Both the position numbers and the translations under genes were made by a program. Source: Atractiella rhizophila (Eukaryota). From it: DNA of 64,000 bases. Shown piece after piece: positions 50,273-61,806 of this stretch; position 1 is the first letter of the stretch, and every line of letters starts with the position of its first letter. The notes below the pieces were generated by a model. The model ran no database searches. It was not told the origin of the DNA and worked only from the letters and a program-made list of their open reading frames with translations. The stretch lies in the NCBI GenBank assembly GCA_021432655.1, contig MU271283.1, forward strand, positions 1 to 64,000, written 5' to 3'.

Positions 50273-52637
50273 CGGGATGTTGGCCAATCCATCGGTCGAT
50301 TACCTCCCCATCGCTGCGAAGTTTCTACGAAGGACAGATAGTGTAGGACATGGGAGTGTAGAAAGCGGACGGTCAGGGAACGATATCCACTCCATACCTG
50401 ATCCGTCTGAAGATAACCACGAATCCTCCTCTCACGGTCATGGCAGTCCTGCAACAACAGGTCCCACTGGTGCAAAAAGGTTCCTGAAGACTGGTGTTTT
50501 TGGATTCGGCGATCGAACACCCAAGCCGAGCCATTCCTTACCCGTCCTTCCGAGGGCAGGCACGGAGGATGGTATACCAGGGAGCACAAGCACCGCTGAT
50601 TTGTCTCATGGTGGAAGGGATAGCAAAGCTTCGAAGCGCCAAGCTCCCGCTGGAGGGATGATGAATTCCTTCCGCCATCATTTGCGACCACCGCCAGCCA
50701 GCAAGAAGCTTCATAAAAGCAAGAGTGCCGCACCTGCGGACGCTTTGCATCCGGCAGTGTTACCGGAGGAGCTGAAGAAGGTGCTAGAAACCGTTGGAGA
50801 AGGACTATTGAAGGGGCATTCGGATCTTAATACCCGACTGAAGGAAAAATACGGAGAGCAATGGCCGCTCGTACGGAGTCTTGCGAGCGTATGGACAGAT
50901 CAAGAGTGGATATTGTCGGAGTATGCTGTTTATGTCGTGAACCTTGAGAAAGCGCTGGAAGAGGTTCAAGAAGCTTTGGATGCCGTGGCGAACAAGACAA
51001 AAGATCCAGAGACGAAGAGGTTGGGTAAAGCGATAATGCGCTTGGAAGAGAAAGCTAGTGCGAATGGGGAAAGTGGATTGGCAATCTGTTTGTCAAAATC
51101 GTTCCAGCGGCTGTTAAAGTATCCGCTCCTTTTTCAGGTCAGGCTTACCGTTTGTAATGAAGCTATTGCTGAGCGGGTCTTAGAATTTGCTATATCACAC
51201 CGATCCGTCAACCCACGAGTATGAAAGCGCACGGTCGATGGCTATCCAGATCGACGCTCTTGTGAGAAGTATTGAAGATGAGAAGATCGGAGAAGAGGAG
51301 AGGGAGAAAGTGAGAGACATTTTTGCACGGATAGAGGGCATCAAGGACAAGGTATGTGCTCTTTCACCAACCACATTGAAGTTTCCGTTGAGCAATTGCG
51401 TCTTAGGCGTTGATGGCGCCTCGAAGTTCACGCTGTCTCATTGACGAAGTTTCAGTATGGAAACCACCGGCAGCAAAACGAACGATGTCCGATGCTCCAC
51501 GACCAACGAACCTTCTACCAGAGGATATCAATGGGTTGCGAGAAAAGGCGATGAAAGATCAGAAGACTACTCGTCGCAAAAGTGATATGACATCTATGGA
51601 GGGCAAGGCGCCTTCTTTAGGGAGCAAGAAGGACCTCTGGCTAGTCATCTTTTCGGATGTTGTAATTCGGTGTCAAAGGATCGGCGTCACAGTTCTTTCT
51701 GGTGCTGCATTGGCTAATTCGAAAAGCCCGAAAACCGGAGGAGGGAGGAAAACCTTGCCAGGTCGTCAGAGAAATCTTTACAAGTTTATTCAGGTCGAGA
51801 GTTGGGAGAATAGACCAGTTCCCATGCAGGAGGCGAAGATGAAACCTGGGATGGTGAGTATGGAAGATATAGCGAGGACTAGGGGCCCAGGTATTTCAAC
51901 ACTTGCCGCCCATGAAGAAACGGATGAAGAAATGAGCGAACTTGACAGTGAAGAGTATATGCAAAATGGTGGCAGCAGCAGGATGAGGTTTGTCTTCACC
52001 ACTGGGCGAAATCGCTCTGCTCTGACGACAAATTGTTAGCTTCTCATATGCTGCTGACGACCCGCGTCCAAATCTGTCTGAGCCCATACTTCTACCCCGT
52101 CCGAACGGCACCCCTATCGAAACCAAGTCTACCACACTCGCTGCACGCTCTGCTTCAGCAACGACACAGCAGGTAGTCACGAAAGCAAACCCAGCTGCTG
52201 CCAAGTTTGGAACACGTCTCCGACCCAGCGATCCATCTAGCGCATCGCCTAACTCCAACCGAGCTGGTTCGCGATCACGGCAGGGCGGCGGTGGATTCGC
52301 TGCACACACCGCTAGCAGTGCTGCTAAACAACCTCCTCCAGCAGTAGGACGCGCCATCTCGCCCTTCTCCCAAGCTGCAGCATCGAAAAGAAGCGGTACC
52401 CCTCCCCGCTCTCCTGGCGGTCGTAGAGCTGCAAGTTCGAACGAGACGCAGAGCTCAGCTCCTTTACAAACGCCACCTGCTCCTCATAGAGCTCAAACCA
52501 CAACCGCAGCTGCTTCCTCGAAGGGAGGCACTGAAAGCAATTCAGGATTGTTACTCTACAAGACATACTGGGACGGGAAAGAGGAAGATTCCGGATTGGA
52601 GAGTACTCTCAGGTTCCCAAAGGCACAGAAGGTTTAA
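49839..52637 (+). CDS. Dbl-homology (DH-PH) Rho guanine nucleotide exchange factor
   Basis: RERTRQEVLWEIVASEERYVQEL..YVEPL; LAICLSKSFQRLLKYPLLFQ|NLLYHTDP..EYE; PH-like DLWLVIFSDVVIRC; stop TAA 52635-52637. Confidence 0.9.
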
Positions 52638-53550
52638 TAGTTTCGATTCTCATCTTTGTTTGGGTTTCAGATGGAAGAAAGATCTCGACTGGGATTCTAG
52701 ACGCTACTATTTAATAGGTTGATTCCTTGTTGTCAACTCTGTTCTGCCGGTGTTCATCGCATTATATACCTTCCTACTATTCTTTTCTTGACCTGCTTTC
52801 GCATTTTCTTGTCTTTAATGATTTTCTTTACAACTTTCATTCCAAAATGCGGATCTCTACATTCACTTCTGCGCTTGCCTTTCTCTTCAAGTGTACCCAA
52901 ATCAACTCAATCTTTGTCTCGTTCTCACACTCCTCAAACCATTCCGCACAGCCATCTATACCCTCATCTGTCACGTTTCTTTAATCTCTTCATTCTCATA
53001 CCACCTTCCTTCCATTTTTCCATCTGAAAGGCCACTTACCAGAGAACGAAACTTTGTTTTATAATCACTCTCCTTCCTCACTTTCCACAGGATCTGTTCC
53101 ATCCACTTCAATTCGATCTTTCGGCTTTTCTCTACCTTGCTTCTTTTTGGAATGGGATGTTTGAGCACTTTTCGTTGAAGGGATTGTCATGGATTTGGGA
53201 AAGTAGTAATGACATTTAGGACGCTAATTTCTATCCTCAAGAATCAGTTTTTGGACCTGTACACAACATGAACGAGTAAGGGCAGAAGAATGCTTGAACC
53301 ATGCTACAGAAGACGAGGGCGGTCTAAACAGCATTAAGGATGCAGACCGAAGAACTTTAAACGTAAAATGGACGAAGAGAAGGAGAAGGCAGGGAAACAC
53401 TGTCAACACTTCACGAAACTACACTTGCCTGGCTGCCGCAGCAACCTGAACTGACCAACATGGACACGGAGTCGATTCTTCGAATCGACATCAAGCACCG
53501 TACAACCACACAGACGATCTATTAGACCAGATGAGCCGTCTATGATCGAT

Positions 53551-56100
53551 TCAACCCCAATTCCTCCCCTTCCCCAACCCACCACCGACAGGGTTCCTCC
53601 TCTCCCTCTCTTCCACCCTCCTCTTCGCCTCCTCAAACAACCTATCCGCGCTCCACTCTATCGCTCCGCCCTTCGATCCTTCCGCCTTCGTCCCTTTCGG
53701 AGTCAAGGTCAATCTACTAAGGTTGACACTAAGACTGTTAACGTTCGGACCCGGATTGTAATTGTCATTCCCGTTGCTGTTTGAGTCAAGGGAGGAGACG
53801 TCGATGTCCGCATAGTCAGACTCGCGTTCCAACAGCCTGTCGAGCTGAACCTGGGCTGGTGACCTCTTTTGACCCTGCCCTTGCAAGGGGCTACGCGATG
53901 ATGAACCCAACCCTCCGCTCCCGCTGGCCGCACTGGAGTGCCCCTTCACATTTGTGCCAGGGTTTTCACCTCGAGCGTGAGCATGATGACTGGAGCTTGA
54001 AGCGCTCGGCGTCTGAGGAAGTGGTCTCGGAGTGGCATTGTTCGTCCCTCTCAAGGTCGAGATTGACATTGGAGAAGCGGTGGAAGCTCCTCCCGTCCTT
54101 CCGAGGGATCCAGCTTGTCGGAGTGGGCGAGGAGTGGTGGCATCCGCCCTCCCGACCGGACTTGCTATTCTCGTCGCACCAACAGGACTATTCGATCTCT
54201 GACCCCCGCTCTGCGACTGAGAGTGAGAGTGAGAGTGAGGTGAAGGTTGAGATTGAATTTGAGATTGCGGGGAAGAGGGGAACGCACACCACTCCCTCGG
54301 CGGCTCGTAGTTTGGAATCCTGTGCTTGGGCACTGCAAATGAGCGTCCGACGGAGGAGGAGATAGATGTAGGCGGAGCGGTGTGATTTGGGGTTGGGAGA
54401 GGTCGGTTGTATGGAGAGGACTTGGATTGAGTGGATGGGGAATCAGAGAAGGAGCGGATGTGGTTTGTTCGGCCAATTGTAGCAGGGTTCAAGTTAGAGT
54501 TGGAGGAGGGTGGGCCATTGAACCTCGTGGTTGTGGATGGTGTTGGAGTTTTGGATGATGCGGGAGGGGATTGTGTGAAAACTCTGTTAGGAGGGGACGC
54601 GGCTGGAGAGGTGGAAGAGGAGAGAGGGATGGTCGGTTGAGTGAGAGATCTTGCGTGGTTAGGGATAGAAGGCCGTGGAGTACTAGAGGGGCCATAGGTG
54701 TGCGCATGTTGCGGTTGTTGAGTGGTGTTCCCATACCGCGAGACCACGGGTGGAGCGTCTTCTTTCTCTCTCTTCTTCTCCAAACGTTCGATGTGAAAGG
54801 CCTCCTTCACCCTCCCTTGTTCCCTTCCACTCGTTGTTGTCCCACTCCCAAACCCCTTCCCATCGCTCTTGAAAGTGTTACCACCTGACTGATTCCCAAA
54901 ACTCCTATGATAACTCCTCATCGCCTCCCTCGCCTCCCGTACCTCGTCCTCCCCCATCCTTCCGCCAACCTTCACTGCATTCGAAGCCCCAAACCCAAAC
55001 TTGCCGCTCAACCCACTGCTAGCCTTCTTGTCCTTGTCTTGCCGTACTTGCACCGGAGTAGGAGTCGCAGGGGGGGACAAGGACCTGCTATTGACGGAGC
55101 TCTTCGGCATCCTCTGCGCTTTCCCCATAGTCATAGTCGCCGTCGGGGTTGGAGTGATTGGACCATTGAGCGGAGGAGGGGAGAGCGATCTCGAGCCGTA
55201 AGGAGGATGCGCGTAGGGGAGATGAGGTGTTTGTTGGACGTGAGTTCTCCCACTCAATTGCATTGGACTAGAAATAGAGAGCTGTCTCTCCTTGTCTCTT
55301 TTGGGGGGTGGAGGATTGGAGGAAGAGAATCCAAACATATTCGTCTTCTTCTTCTTTCCCACAGTCAGGTTCCCAGCCATATATTCGTCATCGTGGTAGA
55401 AGTCAGGCCCGTTACCTTTCTTCTTCCTCTCTCCTCCCCGTTGCTGCTGTTGATATTGTTGCTGCTGCTGATACTGAGAGAAGAAAGGAGGACGGGTATT
55501 GTAGATCCCGTTACCGTTATTGTTGTTGTTTGTTGTGGGCAGAGCGTCAAAGGAATCGTCGTTCCACCCCGTCCCAGGTACATGTGGACGACTTGGTGTG
55601 GCAGAAGCGGAGGTTGGGTCAGACAAACAATCGGATTCGTCTTCATTCGCTCCCCCATTTCCATTCCCATTGAAATTTGGGGATCCGATGGCGACGGGTG
55701 AATGCGAGACGCCATCACCAAAAAGTGAATCATAACTCTCTCCTGCCCTCAACCCACCCTCTGCAGGATCTACGAGCTCGAATTGAGCGCCGCGACTCTC
55801 CATGCTCGTAGATCGGCTCCTTCCATCGTTCGTCCCTGTCGTATTCCTCGAAGTACTTTGGGCGTTGGATGATGTGGATTGGGACCTCCCCATGCCGAGG
55901 ATCCGGGGGGAACGGGTGGAGGAGGAGCTGTTTGTGTTGAAGAGCTCATTGCTGAGTCGCCGGACGCGAGTGCGCAGGTTCTTGAGGGAGTTGGTGAGGG
56001 AAGATGAGCGTGAGCGTCGGTTGGAGGCGTTAGCGTCAGCGGAGGGCAGGGATGAGGATGAGGATTGGGGAGTGGTCAGTGGGAAGGAATAAAAGGCCAT
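53551..56100 (-). CDS. Intronless ~850-aa low-complexity (S/P/G/N/Q) hypothetical protein
   Basis: 2.55-kb uninterrupted ORF from MAFYSFP; no recognisable domain. Confidence 0.7.
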   Translation of the reverse strand: MAFYSFPLTTPQSSSSSLPSADANASNRRSRSSSLTNSLKNLRTRVRRLSNELFNTNSSSSTRSPRILGMGRSQSTSSNAQSTSRNTTGTNDGRSRSTSMESRGAQFELVDPAEGGLRAGESYDSLFGDGVSHSPVAIGSPNFNGNGNGGANEDESDCLSDPTSASATPSRPHVPGTGWNDDSFDALPTTNNNNNGNGIYNTRPPFFSQYQQQQQYQQQQRGGERKKKGNGPDFYHDDEYMAGNLTVGKKKKTNMFGFSSSNPPPPKRDKERQLSISSPMQLSGRTHVQQTPHLPYAHPPYGSRSLSPPPLNGPITPTPTATMTMGKAQRMPKSSVNSRSLSPPATPTPVQVRQDKDKKASSGLSGKFGFGASNAVKVGGRMGEDEVREAREAMRSYHRSFGNQSGGNTFKSDGKGFGSGTTTSGREQGRVKEAFHIERLEKKREKEDAPPVVSRYGNTTQQPQHAHTYGPSSTPRPSIPNHARSLTQPTIPLSSSTSPAASPPNRVFTQSPPASSKTPTPSTTTRFNGPPSSNSNLNPATIGRTNHIRSFSDSPSTQSKSSPYNRPLPTPNHTAPPTSISSSVGRSFAVPKHRIPNYEPPREWCAFPSSPQSQIQSQPSPHSHSHSQSQSGGQRSNSPVGATRIASPVGRADATTPRPLRQAGSLGRTGGASTASPMSISTLRGTNNATPRPLPQTPSASSSSHHAHARGENPGTNVKGHSSAASGSGGLGSSSRSPLQGQGQKRSPAQVQLDRLLERESDYADIDVSSLDSNSNGNDNYNPGPNVNSLSVNLSRLTLTPKGTKAEGSKGGAIEWSADRLFEEAKRRVEERERRNPVGGGLGKGRNWG

Positions 56101-56505
56101 CTGTTTCGTTATTGTTTTCAGTGGTTTGCTTGGAATTGATATTTCGAAAGAAGTGCCCACTTTTATTGTGTCGTCATATCATCCTCGAGTATTACAGCAC
56201 GGCGATGTAACTGATATTATGGCTAATGGTTTGGGTGGAACCGGGTGGTCTGGCTGAGGATGTGGGTAATAGGAAGGGAGGAGGGAGGCAGGGGATGGCT
56301 GTTGGAGAACTTGAGCCAGAAATGAAAATAAACTTTGGAAAACAAACAAACCAAACTCAAACTATCCTCATCTTGCAGCGTCTCCTTTGGGCTAACTTTT
56401 AGTTTCAAATTCAATTTTTTTGTGCATTGTGCATTCTGCATTCGAATGACGTTGATTAACACTCATCGTACTCATCATTAATATTATGAAACACCAGATA
56501 ACAGC

Positions 56506-59500
56506 TTAGTCCACGTCCATCGCGCTCTCATCCAGCCCCTCAGCCAGTCCCTCAGTCTGCGGCTCAGCGTCGTCCTCTTCGTCACTACTCGAAATAATCT
56601 CCTTGCTCTTGTACACCTTCCTCCTCTTCGACTTCTGTTCCTCATCCCCATCCTCCACTACCCGCTTCTTCCTCCGCTGCACACACGTCAGCTTCAGCAC
56701 TTCGTCAGACTCACACAGAGGTGCTCACCTTCCGCTTACTATCCTCCCCATCTTCCCCATCTTCCAACGTTTCCGTCCCCGGTATCTTCTTCTTCGTCCG
56801 CTTCCGCTTCTTCTTCCCCTCCTCATCGCTATCAGACATCATCCCCTTCAGCCCCGCCGTCCACGCCTGAGACTCGGCGAGCATAATCTTCCTCTTCTCC
56901 GCCGTTTCTTTCTGTCTCTCTTGATACTCCCTCTGTTTCTGAGCCTGTTCCCATCAAATCCCATCCCATCAGTCTCATCCAGTGAGGAACAGTATTTGTT
57001 TAGGGAGGGGAGATGAAGAGAGTGACGCACGGCCTCTTCCACCCGCCTCTTCTGCTCCTCCATCCTCTCCCCTTGCACCTTCGCCAACTTGTCCTCCTCC
57101 CCCCTCTCCCACTCCTCCTGAGCCGCCAACACCTCCTCCGCCTTGTTCAACAAGGAGGAAGAATACCGATGTCTCTGATGGGCCAACTCGGGGTCAAAGA
57201 ACGTGGTAGTCTTCGACAGAGCCGCAAACGTCCTATCAGCCCACCACAATATCAGCACATCCATCCGTACAATCCCCAACCTCGTTCTCCTTGGGCGAAA
57301 GAAGGAGAGCGACGAACTGTTGCGCCTCTTTCACCTGTCCGATCGCCTCCTTCAACTGTGCAGCCTTCCTCCGAGGGTTCGGAAGCTCAAGGAGGATCTC
57401 CAACCCCTTTTGCTGTATCATCGCCACATTGTATGGTATTGAGTCGTCCTTTAGCGCTAGGTCTCGTGCCTGTCATCACCAAATCGATGTCAACATTAGC
57501 GTATTCGGAATACTATGGATGATGGACAATCAAGGGGACAATCAAGGGGGAAACATACCTTGATACAGTGCCCCAGCGCGGTTTGCATTGCGTTGTAGTC
57601 TTGGGCTTTTTGCGCTTTGTGGAACCAGGACATGGCCAAGTAGAGCAGGACAGAGTGGTTTTGGCCCTTGTAGAACCGGTCGGAGGCGATAGAAAACTGG
57701 TCATCCATTAGTTCTTCCTCCATAAATAAGAAAATAAGAAAGACTCACGCTCTCAATCGCCCTCTCATTGTCCTCTCGCAATGCATGACAATGTCCAATG
57801 TTGACGTACACGCTTCCCTCGTTCAACAACGACTCTCTCACCTTAAGAAAGATGTTCATCGCGTCCCTACTATTCCTCTCCCTCTGCTCCGCTTCTTTGG
57901 CCGCCTGCTGTTGTGGGGTGGCAGCGACGACCAAAGCGCCAAGAGCATGGTCTGCCAGACAAATGGCGAGACCTTGGGCAGCGTAAGCATTGTGAGGGTC
58001 GAGCTTGAGTGCCTTGTCGAAGCATTCAGCTGCGCTCAGGTAGTATTTCGCACGATCCTTGTTCGCTTCAGGCCCCACCCTCTTGTTCTCCCTCGCCACC
58101 GAGTAGTTCACATTCCCGACTACGCACAGAGAGTAGATGTCGTTCTTGTTGCGTCGTAAAGTCTCAGTTGCGAAGTCTCGTGCTAGTTTGTCTTGTCGTG
58201 TGGTGAGGAGGAAGTGTGAGTACATGCATCGGAGCTCTGAATTCGTGCTTTGTGATTGCAGAGCTTGCTTCAACAGCTCATGCGCACTGTCGTAATCCTT
58301 CGCGTCGAGGTGCATGCAGGCTAGCCGAACCTTTGCTGTTTCCCCGATAGAATTAGCTCTGTTGGGGGGGAAAGGAGGTACATACCGTCGACATATTCTG
58401 GATGACGCTCTAAAATCTTGCCATAAATCTCCTTTGCCTCGTCCGACTTTCCTTGCACTTCGTACACCACTCCGAGATTGAAAGTGATGTGAGTGAGCGC
58501 TCCTTCTTCTTCCCCCCTTGCCTGCTGTTCCAACAACATAGCCTGCTGAAACGAATATTCCGCCTCTGCATCCAATCCTTCTATCGACTTCACACTCCTG
58601 AGCTTGAAGAGACAGACGCCGATATTGTTCAACCATTGACTCGGGAGCGGCCCACCCGCACCATTCTGCTTTCGAATCTTCTCCGCCTGTCGATAATACC
58701 TCAACGCCTTCTCCGGATCTTCGTCCGTCCACAATCGCCCAGCCTCGGCCCACCAGTCATGATCTTCCTCCATCACCCGGCGCACCTTTCCCATCCAAGG
58801 TAGCACGTTTGCTCCAGGTTTAAGGGCTTTGACCTCGTCTGCGAGGCGGAAGAGGGTCTCGAAGACAGATTTGGCCTCTTTTCGCCACTTGGAAGCGTCC
58901 GTGTGTGACATGGAGGAGTAAGTCTGGTGATAGTGCAAGGCGGAAAGGTTGAGGAGGGCTTCGATGCAGTGCGAGTTGCGGCGGAAGATGTTCTCGAATG
59001 CATTCACGGCCGCTGGGTAGTCATGCTTTTGTACCAGTCGTTGGCCCACTGCTAGGTTGGCTATGATATGGTTATACGCTTGAGCCTGATCCAACATTTC
59101 AGTGATGGATACATCAGTAGTTAGAAAACTGAAAGACCTTGTATTCTTTCTGTGCGTCGTCAATGTGTCCCTGTCCATGTAATGCACGAGCAAGGTAGAC
59201 CTGGCTTTCGTTGGAGATGTGCTTCGAGTCCGAAAACTGCATCGCTCGTTCCGCGAATTTGATTGCCTACGTCTTAAACTTAGAGCGGATTTGCATAATG
59301 AAGAGAACATCACTAACCCTGTCGAATTCGTGGATAGTGATGGCATGGAGAGACATCGCCGCTGCGGCACTGGCACAATAATTCCCGCTCGCTTTCCAAG
59401 CTTTCTACATTATCATAGACTCTTCAGCTCGCCACTTAGTTGGAAGAGTGTCAGAAGACGAACACTGAGATAAGTGATTCCATCTTTATACCAATTTTCT

Positions 59501-61569
59501 GCGTCTCCTTCACTTCCCACCGAGCTGCTCTTTGAATGGTTGATGAAAGAAATGCCCATGAGGACCATTGCAGGTATAGCTCGACGTTCTCCTCCATTCT
59601 TATACCAGCCAATGCAGAATGCAGTCAGCCACAATATTACGAAGTTATGAGACATACCACTAGTTCAGACCGCTTCCAAGCCTTCCACGCCATCTCCTTG
59701 TCCCCCAAGTTCCAAAAGCACAAGCCGATGCCCAATCGCGGATCGGGATATTGCTCAAACCGTGCATCTGATGGATGTGGGAGGATTTGTAACAATTCTT
59801 GATAAATTTTGAGTGCTGGTTTCGGAGATCGTTTCAGTAGTAATGTGCGAGCCTGCCACACCGTCAGCCCTATGAAAGGGAAACAAGTTGATGTAGGAAT
59901 GGACCTTTCCGAAGAGAGCGCAAATGTTCAGGCTCTCTCCCTCCTTCCGTAAAATGTCATCCCATATTCGCCCTGCCTCATCTACCTTCCCCTGTGCAAA
60001 TAAAACCTGTCCTGAGACAAGTCGTCCGTCAATCATAAAAGGTGTTTTCAGGAATTAGAAACTTACCCTTAGCTTCCAAGAAGCGGGCATCAGCCTTGAA
60101 AACGTTCTCCATCGTAAGTTCGATTTGATCGATGGCCGCCATCGCTTCACTGAGGTACTCATCCTTGGTTCGAAGGGGCTGACCGTTCGATGTCGATGGA
60201 AGCTGATCTCTCCCTATGACACAATCAGCACAGTATGAGCGAGTCGTGTTAGACTTACGAGCGCGACTCCCCAATACAACTCTCGGGGCTACACGTGAAA
60301 GGGAAAGGCTAAAGCATATTTGAACGAGAAGAAGAGAAAACCGTGCTTCGCCTGGACGTGGAAATGCTGGGAAGAGAGGAGACAATCAGTTCATCGGTCT
60401 GGAAGAAGGAAAGGAGAAGATTGGCAGAGTGGAATATCAAACTAAGGCAGAAATAGTACTATGATCAACTGAGAGGCTTATCTCAACTCCCCGGTTACTT
60501 GAACGCGGTCCACGTGGTTGTAGATCAGTATGATATTGAACACTCTTGGGGGTATTAAAGAAGCAGCACAATGTATTGTGACAGAAATGCAATCAGTACA
60601 ATGGGCTCAGACGAACATGCAATGGTCGTACGCTTCATATTTGAATCTAGTACATGATAACGCAGGTTACAAGTCCCTGAGTGATTTATAAACTCTGCAG
60701 TGATAATAAGAAACACTACCTTCTGGATTATGAGTAATGCAATAAACGCGTCAGCTGTTGTTGAATGTGCTCGGATCCTGACTACGAAAGTAATTCACTT
60801 CCAGCTCCAACATGCCTTTACAGGAAAGGATTCTTCTTGCTGAGAACAAAAATCGCAGTCGCGCTTGAAAATGCGTTCTACTCACGCATCAACAAGTCAT
60901 GAAAAGTATAATTCTGTATTGCGAACCTGCACATTGCTACATATCAAGCATATGGTTTGTGCCATCAAGAGGCAAATTAGATATAGTGTAAGCCACTGTG
61001 GATCTAACTCTTAGACACCTCTATGTGCAATTACATGGGTCCGTTCGGTTATACTAGAACAAGCATGCCAGTCTTCCCTTTCGAAGCGCCGACTTCCAAT
61101 GTTATGTTATACTGTGCAGACGCGGTATTGCCTTCTGAATTTAGGATTGGACAAAGAATTCCACACTACACGTTGAAAACAGTGAACACTTTAAGTCGTT
61201 GTGAGGCGGAAAGAGGAGACTGTTGTGCACAGGTCGTTGGAAACCAATATCACGCAACTAGCAATAAACACGAAATATACTCCTCCATCCCTCCTTTCAT
61301 GCAAGAGACGAACCTTTCAATGCTCCATTTATCATCTCCCCAGCCTCCAATCCTCTCCTCCACAGCTCAACGGCCACGCGAACCCAAAGCTCCCATCCAA
61401 CTTTCTCGGTAGTGAACACGTTCCTAACTTCATCCAAAGCCTCTTGGTCGGTGTCGAGCTCGTCGAGGTTGATCTCGATCGCTTCACTTGTGCTGGATGA
61501 GAGTGGAATCTCGAGTATTCGAGTGGGAGGGAGGGGGAAGGGGGGGAGCGTGGGTAGGAGTATAGACAT
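56506..61569 (-). CDS. CTR9: Paf1 complex subunit Ctr9 (TPR protein)
   Basis: LEIPL..EAIEINLDEL; PDPRLGIGLCFWNLGD; LNNIGV..TFNLGVVYE..ILERHPEYVD; DIYSLC..FDKALKLDPHNAYAAQGLAI; SVYVNIGHC; C-terminal YKSKEIISSSDEE. Confidence 0.93.
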
Positions 61570-61806
61570 TTTAATGAAATATAAAAACCGTGCGATAAGA
61601 GGGAATTGAGGGGAAAGCGTAAGAGAAACTATTGCTCCTGCATGGATGTTAGAGTTGACAAAAAAAACCTCCAAGTTTAGTTGACGCCGACAACAAGAAA
61701 GCCATCAGGTATACCCAGGATATCTCTTTGGCGCATGATATAGATCTCTGACAATAGCGTTGTGTCAAACTGTGCTGCAAGACCTAAGTGAAAGCTGAAC
61801 AGAAAT
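61570..61806. promoter_or_regulatory. 237-bp bidirectional promoter between CTR9 and MEMO1
   Basis: Divergent ATGs at 61569 and 61807. Confidence 0.55.

Noticed and set aside
52700..53200. Pyrimidine/AT-skewed stretch with ILWKVRKE, reminiscent of a LINE ORF2 tail
   Set aside because: One short motif, many stops, no RT or zinc knuckle; cannot be supported
53542..58803. Numerous + strand ORFs over the 850-aa ORF and CTR9
   Set aside because: Antisense shadows of low-complexity or purine-rich coding sequence
3041..61569. Functional cluster of transcription/RNA-processing genes (SPP1, Pcf11-like, CWC2, CTR9)
   Set aside because: Spread over ~58 kb among unrelated genes; compatible with chance
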